Origin: Brachyspira murdochii DSM 12563
GTDB lineage: Bacteria; Spirochaetota; Brachyspiria; Brachyspirales; Brachyspiraceae
NCBI RefSeq assembly: GCF_000092845.1
Contig: NC_014150.1
Span: forward strand, 1,418,919-1,450,918
Direction: 5' to 3'
DNA: 32,000 bases
The notes below the pieces were generated by a model, which was given only the letters and a program-made list of their open reading frames with translations, was not told where the DNA came from and made no database searches. Within the stretch, counting starts at the first letter, position 1. Each line of letters opens with the position of its first letter. This document shows, piece after piece, positions 9,113 to 18,464 of this stretch. The position numbers and the translations under genes are program-made.

Positions 9113-12100
9113 ATTTCTAATCTAACCATACTGGAATGTAAAACAAAATGCAGGTGTTACTGGCACTAGAGAAACACTAATTTCTAATCTAACCATACTG
9201 GAATGTAAAAGTATCTACAGTTTTACATTCACAATGCATATTTTCTATTTCTAATCTAACCATACTGGAATGTAAAATGCAAAACAATCTAATATTATAT
9301 CATTCTCATTTGAATTTCTAATCTAACCATACTGGAATGTAAAATTTTTTGACTTAAATTGTACCAATTTAAATTAACTTATTTCTAATCTAACCATACT
9401 GGAATGTAAAATTTTTGGAGTTTGACAGCTATAACAAAAAAGTGATTATTTCTAATCTAACCATACTGGAATGTAAAATTATGAAAAGCGGGCTCAGTCA
9501 AATATAAACAATTTATTTCTAATCTAACCATACTGGAATGTAAAATTTATACTTACTAATTCCCAAGTTTCTTTTTTTATATATTTCTAATCTAACCATA
9601 CTGGAATGTAAAATTAACATTCTTAAAATATCTTTCAAGTTTCTTTACTATTTCTAATCTAACCATACTGGAATGTAAAATAAGCTAGCTATAAAACAAC
9701 CGAGTTCTAATTCACTATTTCTAATCTAACCATACTGGAATGTAAAACTCTATTAATTAAAGCATTATTTAATAATTTATTTTTATTTCTAATCTAACCA
9801 TACTGGAATGTAAAATCCTCTGAAGTAGAATATATTACATCATATTTAATTATTTCTAATCTAACCATACTGGAATGTAAAAGTTGTTTTTGTTGTAATT
9901 CTAATGCTTTTTGCTGTTTATTTCTAATCTAACCATACTGGAATGTAAAAATGTATAATACTGTCAAAGTTAATATTATACAGCGTATTTCTAATCTAAC
10001 CATACTGGAATGTAAAAGCATTTTTGCGGGCTTTTCTATTGACAAATAATTTATATTTCTAATCTAACCATACTGGAATGTAAAATTTGACAATATATAA
10101 AAACTTTCATGTCGTCTAGGTATTTCTAATCTAACCATACTGGAATGTAAAAAGCTATCATTGATGCACAAAATGAATTGAATGAGTAATTTCTAATCTA
10201 ACCATACTGGAATGTAAAAGTTTTGTATAAAAATAGAGAACTTGATACAGTCGGTATTTCTAATCTAACCATACTGGAATGTAAAAAAAAACATTTAATG
10301 AGTTTATAGACTTTATAGAACAATTTCTAATCTAACCATACTGGAATGTAAAATATGCAAAACCCGATATCTTAATTATAAATATTAGTATTTCTAATCT
10401 AACCATACTGGAATGTAAAAGACAGTCTCAATTAATTTAGTCATCTTAGTAATACTATTTCTAATCTAACCATACTGGAATGTAAAATAAGTATGATCCA
10501 TAAGACCGGGATCGGAAATAGTAGATTTCTAATCTAACCATACTGGAATGTAAAACAAATGGTAAAGTAGTAAATCAAGTAACTAGCTTAAATTTCTAAT
10601 CTAACCATACTGGAATGTAAAATACAAAAAATATCGTAAATATAATGTTAGTATAGGTATTTCTAATCTAACCATACTGGAATGTAAAATAGCATAAAAA
10701 GATATTACACGCCTCAAGAGTTAGCATTTCTAATCTAACCATACTGGAATGTAAAACGAAATTACTTTCAACTCCAACGTCTTGATACTCAAATTTCTAA
10801 TCTAACCATACTGGAATGTAAAACACTTTGAAAATAAAAAACTTGTAATATTAGATAGATTTCTAATCTAACCATACTGGAATGTAAAAGAAAATCTGTT
10901 CGGCGGTGTTTGGGAAGTACAATATATTTCTAATCTAACCATACTGGAATGTAAAATTCTTTTTTACTGCGACCTAACCAGTCATAAAACGATTTCTAAT
11001 CTAACCATACTGGAATGTAAAAGCATACAACTTATTTTTACTAAAAATATTTATTCTTAATTTCTAATCTAACCATACTGGAATGTAAAAACAAGCAACT
11101 GCAAACTGGTATAACACTAATCAACATATTTCTAATCTAACCATACTGGAATGTAAATGTAATATCCATAACCTCATCACCTACTATCTCACTTATTTCT
11201 AATCTAACCATACTGGAATGTAAATTTAAAAGACATATAAGCATTATATTTATATTTTAAAATTTCTAATCTAACCATACTGGAATGTAAATTATCATAA
11301 AAGGCAAATATGTAAGTACAACTGCAAATTTCTAATCTAACCATACTGGAATGTAAATCTGTTTGATGATACATCAGGAACACCGCCACCATAAGATTTC
11401 TAATCTAACCATACTGGAATGTAAATTTAAAAGACATATAAGCATTATATTTATATTTTAAAATTTCTAATCTAACCATACTGGAATGTAAATGTAATAT
11501 CCATAACCTCATCACCTACTATCTCACTTATTTCTAATCTAACCATACTGGAATGTAAATTTAAAAGACATATAAGCATTATATTTATATTTTAAAATTT
11601 CTAATCTAACCATACTGGAATGTAAATGAGTTTTTTTATACTGGGAATGATGTTGATAGTTTTAATTTCTAATCTAACCATACTGGAATGTAAATTATCA
11701 TAAAAGGCAAATATGTAAGTACAACTGCAAATTTCTAATCTAACCATACTGGAATGTAAATCTGTTTGATGATACATCAGGAACACCGCCACCATAAGAT
11801 TTCTAATCTAACCATACTGGAATGTAAATATATAGTTCCTATCATTCTTTATAGCTCCAAGAAGTATTTCTAATCTAACCATACTGGAATGTAAATATTT
11901 CCCATTTCGATAATATTTTATTAAACTTATTTATTTCTAATCTAACCATACTGGAATGTAAATAGCTATCATTGATGCACAAAATGAATTGAATGAGTAT
12001 TTCTAATCTAACCATACTGGAATGTAAATAATAAACAAACAACATCATTATTAATTATGCCAACTTATTTCTAATCTAACCATACTGGAATGTAAATCAA

Positions 12101-12299
12101 GAGGAACATATCCTATAGTGTTGTTATTTTTTAATTTCTAATCTAACCATACTGGAATGTAAATTTATTTGAGTATGAGACTGTAATAACTGATAGTAAT
12201 AATTTCTAATCTAACCATACTGGAATGTAAATGCGTTTGCTACAGGTACGGCTGGTTATACTTTAGAAGATTTCTAATCTAACCATACTGGAATATAAT
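9113..12299 (+). CRISPR. Type I-B CRISPR array with 48 repeats and 47 spacers
   Basis: Consensus repeat is ATTTCTAATCTAACCATACTGGAATGTAAA (30 nt) plus a conserved 31st base. Repeat period is 66-68 nt. Repeat starts are 9113, 9180, 9247 ... 12202, 12270. With the 31-nt repeat, spacers are 35-37 nt. The last repeat (12270..12299) is degenerate (GAATATAAT versus GAATGTAAA). There are 41 distinct spacer sequences; the other six are duplicates (see findings). Confidence 0.98.
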
Positions 12300-12403
12300 T
12301 TTATATTTAACATGCTTGACTAGCATCATAAATATTATAAAATATTTATAATTAATAAATAAATAATATATACTGCTCTTAAAAATCACATTAATTTTTT
12401 ATA

Positions 12404-12432
12404 TTGACATAATAAAATAAATATATTATAAT
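12404..12432 (+). promoter_or_regulatory. Consensus sigma70-type promoter upstream of the microsatellite and the Crp-like operon
   Basis: Perfect TTGACA (12404..12409), a 17-nt spacer, then perfect TATAAT (12427..12432). The predicted TSS near 12439 places the whole SSR in the 5' leader. Confidence 0.5.
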
Positions 12433-12467
12433 ACAGCCGTAATTATAATTTATGGTATAGAAATGAG

Positions 12468-12631
<164 letters not shown>

Positions 12632-12689
12632 ATCTATGATACTATTACTCTAACATCATTTTTAAAAAAATACAATAAGGGGTCTGTAA

Positions 12690-13877
12690 ATGATGATAAA
12701 TTACAACAAAATTAATTTTAAAAAATCATCAACATTATTTATATCTGGACAATATCCAGATGGAAAATTTTACATCATAAACAAAGGTAAAGTAATATTT
12801 GAAAGTTATTTTGCTGATAATTTTAAATACGAACATAAAAAAGGAGATATTATAGGTATAGTAAGTGCTGTTATGAATGAACCATATTTCTCCACTTCTA
12901 AAGTAATAGAAGATACTGAAGTAATAGAAATAGATGTAAGAGAAATAGAAAAAATAGACAATGTAGAATTAATGAATAAAATATATAAACATCTAATAAA
13001 TACAATGGAAGTTTGGGTAAAAAAATATTATTATTTTCTATATAAATACTCAAAAGTAGATTCATCTGAAAAATTAAATATTACGTATATATGCAAATCA
13101 TATATAGATAAAGGTTTTTTATATGCTGCCATAAAAATATATGAAAATAATCAAGAAAAAATAAATGATAAAAATGTAGTAAATAAAATATCAAAAATAG
13201 AGCCTATAGAAAGTCCTAAAGAAATAACAAAAGGTGTATTTAGTTTTAAAAAAGGAAGCTGCCTATTTGAAGAAACAAGTCAGAATAATTACATATACTT
13301 TGTAAAATCAGGAATAGTAGGAGTATATAGTTATTTTAATCATAAGCCTGTAACAAGAATGAAGTATTATGATAATGATATTTTCGGATATAAAGATTTA
13401 TTAGGAAAAAAAGTAATAGCAAATACAGCAATTGTATTAGAAGATTCTATTATCAAAATAATGGATAAAAAAGAGTTTGAAAATATGATCATTGAAGATA
13501 AAGCCACAAGAGTTTATTTGATAAAAATGATGTCTGCAAGAGTGTACAATACAATAGCAAGAATCAAAGCTATTAATATCAATAATGTAATACTAAAAAT
13601 TTTAACTGTAATAGAAGGTTTAATTAAATTAGATCTGATGTTTAAAAAAACAAATTATATTGCATTATTTTATACTATAGATGATATATTAAGTATGGTA
13701 TTTATAGATCATACAGACTATGTTGAAAGAGAAATAAAAAAAATAAAAAGCATAAAAATTACTGATGAAAAGAATATCGTAATAAGTAATATCAACAATT
13801 TTTTTAAGGAATATCAAATATATTTTAAAAGAAACTCTGATAAAATTAACAATGAAGATTTTGGAGATGATATATGA
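12690..13877 (+). CDS. Crp/Fnr-like protein with two cNMP-binding-like beta-barrel domains and a C-terminal wHTH-like region (paralog 1)
   Basis: 395 aa with AAGGGG RBS at 12677..12682. Two segments resemble the cNMP-binding fold: FYIINKGKVIFE...KKGDIIGIV...EDTEVIEI and IYFVKSGIVGVYS...NDIFGYKDLLG...TAIVLEDSIIKIMDKKEFENMI. The C-terminal part resembles the Crp DNA-binding domain (YTIDDILSMV...REIKKIKSIKITDEKNIVISN). Confidence 0.7.
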   Translation: MMINYNKINFKKSSTLFISGQYPDGKFYIINKGKVIFESYFADNFKYEHKKGDIIGIVSAVMNEPYFSTSKVIEDTEVIEIDVREIEKIDNVELMNKIYKHLINTMEVWVKKYYYFLYKYSKVDSSEKLNITYICKSYIDKGFLYAAIKIYENNQEKINDKNVVNKISKIEPIESPKEITKGVFSFKKGSCLFEETSQNNYIYFVKSGIVGVYSYFNHKPVTRMKYYDNDIFGYKDLLGKKVIANTAIVLEDSIIKIMDKKEFENMIIEDKATRVYLIKMMSARVYNTIARIKAININNVILKILTVIEGLIKLDLMFKKTNYIALFYTIDDILSMVFIDHTDYVEREIKKIKSIKITDEKNIVISNINNFFKEYQIYFKRNSDKINNEDFGDDI

Positions 13878-15040
13878 TAAAATATAATAAAATAGAGTTT
13901 AAAAAATCATCTATAATATTTATATATGGAGAAAATGCAAAAAATTTCTTTTATATAATATCAAAAGGAAGTGCTGTTTCATACAATTATTTTGATGAAA
14001 ATTATAATATATATCATAAAAAAGGAGATATTATAGGATTAGTTAATGCGGCTGTAAATGTACCATACTTTGAAACCGTAAAAGCAGAAGAAGATACGGA
14101 GGTTATGGAAATTAATATAAATGAGTTAGACAAAATAACAAATATACATCTAATAAAAAAATTATATGATCATTTAACAAATGTAATGGAAATACGTTTA
14201 AACCAATATTTCTATATTTTCAGTAAAGAAAAAAATATACCTTTTAAAAAAGAAAGTGATATATTAAAAATCGCAGAAGTATATAAAAACAACGGATACG
14301 ATGATGCCGCTTATAAAATGTACAATAAATACATAGAATTAAACGGCGAGAGTAAAGAAATAAAAAAAATAATGTCTAAAATAAAACCATCTAATACTGC
14401 AAGTTTAGTAATAGATGGTATATATAAACTAGAAAAAGGAACTTGTATATTTACAGAACTTGAAAGTGCTGATAAACTTTACATAATATTATCAGGTAAA
14501 GTAGGAATATATACTATGTTCAATTCCAAAATCATTACCAGAACAATATACACAGATAATGAAATAATTAACGGATATAATTCATTAGCAAATAATAAAA
14601 TGCTTATAACAACTGCAATAGCCATTGAAGACACTATAATAAAAATATTTAAAAAAGAAGATATGCTTGAACTGGTAAAAACTGATAAAGAATTAAGAGT
14701 ACGATCCATTAAATTTCTTTCTATGAGAATATACACCATTATGAGATCTATAAACACTTTCAGTATAAACGGCATAACAAGTAAAGTGCTGTTAATTTTG
14801 GAAAGCTTTATAAGAATGGAAAGACTTTTTAAAGAAACCAATACAATAAAGTCAAAATATAATATTTATGATATATTTAGCATGATAGGTGTAGAAGAAA
14901 ATGAATATTCTTTAAGAGAAATAAAAAAAATAAAAAGTATAGATATAGATAAGAACGGAAATATAATATTTCCTGATATAAGAAAATTTATGAGGGAATA
15001 TAAAAAATACAAAAATATAAACTCAAGTAAAACCGAATGA
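13874..15040 (+). CDS. Crp/Fnr-like protein with two cNMP-binding-like domains (paralog 2)
   Basis: 388 aa. The start overlaps the stop of paralog 1 (ATGA). It has the same architecture (FYIISKGSAVSY...KKGDIIGLV; LYIILSGKVGIYT...TAIAIEDTIIKIFKKEDMLELV) and is alignable with paralog 1 along its full length. Confidence 0.7.
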   Translation: MIKYNKIEFKKSSIIFIYGENAKNFFYIISKGSAVSYNYFDENYNIYHKKGDIIGLVNAAVNVPYFETVKAEEDTEVMEININELDKITNIHLIKKLYDHLTNVMEIRLNQYFYIFSKEKNIPFKKESDILKIAEVYKNNGYDDAAYKMYNKYIELNGESKEIKKIMSKIKPSNTASLVIDGIYKLEKGTCIFTELESADKLYIILSGKVGIYTMFNSKIITRTIYTDNEIINGYNSLANNKMLITTAIAIEDTIIKIFKKEDMLELVKTDKELRVRSIKFLSMRIYTIMRSINTFSINGITSKVLLILESFIRMERLFKETNTIKSKYNIYDIFSMIGVEENEYSLREIKKIKSIDIDKNGNIIFPDIRKFMREYKKYKNINSSKTE

Positions 15041-15044
15041 TAAA

Positions 15045-15065
15045 TTAACAAAATCATTTTGTTAA
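15045..15065 (+). terminator. Weak candidate terminator hairpin after the Crp-like operon
   Basis: Palindrome TTAACAAAA-TCA-TTTTGTTAA (9-bp stem, 3-nt loop) lies 5 nt after the stop and is followed by TTTTAT. The stem is almost entirely A/T, so stability is low. Confidence 0.3.
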
Positions 15066-15371
15066 TTTTATAAACATATATGATTTTTAAAAAAATTAAA
15101 TATTTTAATATATGCCTATTATTTTATATTGATAAATAACAGTCATAATTTTACCATATTTAAAAGCATATTATAATCATTTTAATAATATTTTTTTATT
15201 AATTTTATTATTTTTATATTTTATAATTAAGTTTTGCACTGCTGAACAAACAAAATAAGCATTTTAAGCCATATAAAATAATAAATGAACAAAATATAAT
15301 ATGTACATATAATTTATACTTTACTCACTGGAAAAAAATAAAAATTATAATATACTATTATTTAATTATTT

Positions 15372-18146
15372 ATGAAAAAGTATATTTTATTTCTTACTTT
15401 AATATTTACTATAAGTGTAAATCTATACACACAGGTTTTCAAACCATTCAGAAAGTTATATACCATACAAACAGAAAAGTTTGAAATTATCTTTCCTATA
15501 GAATCCAGAAGAACAGCTGAAAACCTTGCAAAAGTTGCTGATGATATATACGAAAAATATTCTAAAATTTTAAACAGTACAGTACGAGGAAAAATCCCCA
15601 TAACAATAACCCCCGATTTTAATCTGTTTAATTCGGCAGCAATGATAATACCTGCTTCAAGCCTTATACTTTATGATACCAATCTGGACGAAAATTTTAC
15701 AAGTTTCAGTAATAACTTTGAAACAGTATTTATACATGAACTTACTCATCTGCTGACTATGGCTTCAGAAAATACAGGGCTTGCAACTAAGGTAATGGGA
15801 AACTGGGCTTCTTTTGTTCATATTAACGCAATGCCTTTTATGATAGAGGGTGCTCCTGTTAGTATGGAAAGTTTTACAGGTTTTGGCAGGGCTAATGATC
15901 CGCTTGTTAAAGAGAGATTGAGACAGGATATTTTTGAAGGAAATTTCAGGACTCCAATTCAAGCCTCCTATGTATGGACAAAAATGCCATACGGAAATGT
16001 ATACTATGAATACGGCGGATTATTTTCAAAATATTTGCAAGACAGATTCGGAATGGAAAAGTATAATGAGTTTTGGAATAGAATGCAGACAAGACTTCAT
16101 TTTTCATTTTTGGTTTATAATTCTGGAGTATACGGAGCTTTTAAAAAAGTTTACGGAATAAAATTTACTGAAGTATGGTCAGACTTTCAAAACTATTTGG
16201 TGCTTACAGATATTAATCCAAGCGAAGAATTGAGAGTAAATGATAAAGAAACTTTTATTAATGATATCGCCTCATACAATGACACTCTATACTATATAGA
16301 CGGAGATATAGGAGCATTGTATTCATATAAAGAAAAAAGAAATAATGAAAATAATAAAAAAGATTTGAAATTAGAGTTTTTAATAGACAGAAGCTCTGAA
16401 AGTTTGGATATATCAAAAGACGGAAGCAATGCTTTGATAGTGTCATATATGTTTAACGGAGGACTTTATAAATATATTGTAAAAGAATATGATTTAAATA
16501 AAAAAAGAAGAACAAAAAGAAAATGGTTTGACCTGCAGTATGCAAGATATTTTAAAAATGGTATTATAGGAATATCAAAGGATTTGCATAACTCTGTTTT
16601 AGTATACATAAATGAGAATAATGAAAAAGAAATTTTATTACAAGCCAATGATAATTTCGGATACAGTTCTCCTACAGTTATTGATGATAATAATATAGCA
16701 TTAATAGTTACAGATAACGGAATAAAACATATAGCAATATTTAATTATAATAGTAAAACATTAAAATATATTGATACAAAGGATAACACTTTTAATTATG
16801 TACGTTATTTAAAATACTCAAATAACAAACTTCTTTTTTCGTATAATAATAATGACAGATTTTATAAGCTAGGCGAAATTAATTTAAATAATAATAGTAT
16901 TAAGCTATACACAAAAGACTATTCAGGCGGGGTATTTTCTGCTGTATATGCTGGAGAGAGCATTTATTATAAAGGCAGATTTTCAGAGTTTGACAGGCTT
17001 ATGAAGTACACAGACAATTCATCTCAAACAAAAAACTTCGCATATACTGATAAAACAATTAATAAATACGAGTTTACTCCTCAAATGGATATGGGAAATT
17101 ATAATGCATTTAAATATTTTAAGCCTTGGACTATGTGGGTGCCTCTTCCTCAAGTAAATGATACTTTTCCTTTTCTTGTAAACGGGCTTGGAATATTATC
17201 TGTAATCTCTTCACCTTCTGCAAATAATTTGGCGTTAATATGGCTTGGGTACGATATACCTTCCAACTTTCTTCAAACTGAACTCACTGTTACTTCTTTT
17301 AGCATGCTTTATCCTTTATACTTTGGGTTTAAAAGCGATGTAGTATATTCTACATACAATTATTGGAGATTAAATACATACCTTGCTATGCAGTTTTTAA
17401 TTAATACAGAAAGCGACAAAGTGCATTTCTTATTAGAGCCTTCGATATCTGGTGCTTTATTTTCAGAATTTGTCAATCCTCAAACTAATACATCATCAGC
17501 ATTTACATGGAAATATTCTTCATATACTTTTAATATTTCTCTAAAGGCATCAATGATATTCAGAGTGCAAACTGATAAACCATACAGAGATGATTTAGTT
17601 GATATAACTATATACCCTACATACTCTATAAGATATAATAAATTTGCTATAGACTTTAATACAAAATTCCAAACAAGATATGTTCCTATAAGAGCAAGTT
17701 TTTACGGTTCTTATGCATTCGATACAAATACAGCATTTGATGGAAACTCTGCAGTATTCGGAGCTAGAGAAGTAAAAGCTCCGGAAGAGTTTTATTCATA
17801 TGTACAAAATAAAAAATATAAATCAAATTATTTTTTAGGCGGTGATGTTGAACTTTTAGGTTATTTAAGTTCTCATTTTAATTTAAGCCATATATACTTT
17901 GATAATTTCTTTGCTTCGCTTTCATATAGATTTGCTTATTACTCAAAAGAATATATGCATTCTGCGGCTTTAAAAGCAGGATTTGATGCGAGCATTCCTG
18001 TATCAGGATATCAGAATATTGTTACAGGTGAGCCTTATTTACTTTTAGCTTTAAGACTTCCTAAGAGCCTTGATAAAAGTATAATTCAAAACTACCCTAC
18101 TCTGAATGATATATATATAGGCTTTGGCTTTCAGATGTCTTGGTAA
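15372..18146 (+). CDS. Secreted or outer-membrane multidomain protein: MA-clan HEXXH metallopeptidase-like domain, beta-propeller-like middle, and C-terminal beta-barrel-like region
   Basis: 924 aa with signal peptide MKKYILFLTLIFTISVNLYTQ. HELTH is at 15735..15749, followed by a MIEGAPVSMES (EGxA-like) block as in Peptidase_MA_2-type proteins. The middle has repetitive Tyr/Asn/Gly-rich strands. The C-terminal about 350 aa have alternating aromatic/polar beta-strand character and end ...GFGFQMSW, an aromatic terminal residue typical of OMP beta-signals. Confidence 0.65.
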   Translation: MKKYILFLTLIFTISVNLYTQVFKPFRKLYTIQTEKFEIIFPIESRRTAENLAKVADDIYEKYSKILNSTVRGKIPITITPDFNLFNSAAMIIPASSLILYDTNLDENFTSFSNNFETVFIHELTHLLTMASENTGLATKVMGNWASFVHINAMPFMIEGAPVSMESFTGFGRANDPLVKERLRQDIFEGNFRTPIQASYVWTKMPYGNVYYEYGGLFSKYLQDRFGMEKYNEFWNRMQTRLHFSFLVYNSGVYGAFKKVYGIKFTEVWSDFQNYLVLTDINPSEELRVNDKETFINDIASYNDTLYYIDGDIGALYSYKEKRNNENNKKDLKLEFLIDRSSESLDISKDGSNALIVSYMFNGGLYKYIVKEYDLNKKRRTKRKWFDLQYARYFKNGIIGISKDLHNSVLVYINENNEKEILLQANDNFGYSSPTVIDDNNIALIVTDNGIKHIAIFNYNSKTLKYIDTKDNTFNYVRYLKYSNNKLLFSYNNNDRFYKLGEINLNNNSIKLYTKDYSGGVFSAVYAGESIYYKGRFSEFDRLMKYTDNSSQTKNFAYTDKTINKYEFTPQMDMGNYNAFKYFKPWTMWVPLPQVNDTFPFLVNGLGILSVISSPSANNLALIWLGYDIPSNFLQTELTVTSFSMLYPLYFGFKSDVVYSTYNYWRLNTYLAMQFLINTESDKVHFLLEPSISGALFSEFVNPQTNTSSAFTWKYSSYTFNISLKASMIFRVQTDKPYRDDLVDITIYPTYSIRYNKFAIDFNTKFQTRYVPIRASFYGSYAFDTNTAFDGNSAVFGAREVKAPEEFYSYVQNKKYKSNYFLGGDVELLGYLSSHFNLSHIYFDNFFASLSYRFAYYSKEYMHSAALKAGFDASIPVSGYQNIVTGEPYLLLALRLPKSLDKSIIQNYPTLNDIYIGFGFQMSW

Positions 18147-18464
18147 TAATTATAGTATTTTTAAACAATAGTATTAAATAATACTAAAATACATAACCAT
18201 ACTACCCTATAAATCTCTATATATATTTTTTTTAAAACAATAAAAATATCAATAACTTATAAAATTTTATAAAATTATATTTTTTTGTATGTAATTACCT
18301 AATTGATAAAATATTTTTTTTATAATTTGTATTGAAAATATTGACTTTTTATAAAAATTATGTAGACTAATAAGTAGAGGATCTTTATGGTGTCTATTGA
18401 GTTACTTAAGCAATCTCTCAGTAGGCACTGTCAAAAGACTATAAAAATATTAGGAGAATCAAAA

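Noticed and set aside
11204-11795. Two minus-strand ORFs (11204..11392 and 11601..11795) share the N-terminus MVAVFLMYHQTDLHSSMVRLEI...
   Set aside because: They lie entirely within the CRISPR array. The repeated HSSMVRLEI peptide is simply the translated repeat, and the shared N-terminus reflects the duplicated C-D spacer block. They are not genes.
9143-12269. I looked for self-targeting spacers, meaning spacers matching elsewhere in this window.
   Set aside because: No match outside the array was seen by eye. This is not exhaustive, and a genome-wide search would be needed before making any claim.
12690-15040. The cNMP-domain proteins next to the CRISPR array could be cyclic-oligoadenylate effectors (CARF-like signalling).
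   Set aside because: cOA signalling belongs to type III systems (Cas10), and this locus is type I-B with no cas10 or csm/cmr genes. The domains look like Crp-type beta-barrels rather than CARF or SAVED folds.
14479-16648. Short ORFs overlapping the Crp-like paralog 2 and the 924-aa protein: 14479..14841, 14866..15057, 15362..15601, 15765..15962, 15934..16161, 16258..16446 and 16466..16648.
   Set aside because: All overlap longer ORFs that have recognisable motifs. They have no start context or domain signal and are probably chance ORFs.
18387-18464. A 26-codon N-terminal extension (MVSIELLKQSLSRHCQKTIKILGESK) on the OMP ORF. Similar extensions occur at 31107..31184 (G3P dehydrogenase), 7100..7141 (cas4) and 28335..28349 (arginase-like, TTG start).
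   Set aside because: In each case an internal ATG with a good SD gives a canonical N-terminus: a signal peptide, the GxGxxG FAD fold, a start after the upstream stop, or MSQTLRL after GGAG.
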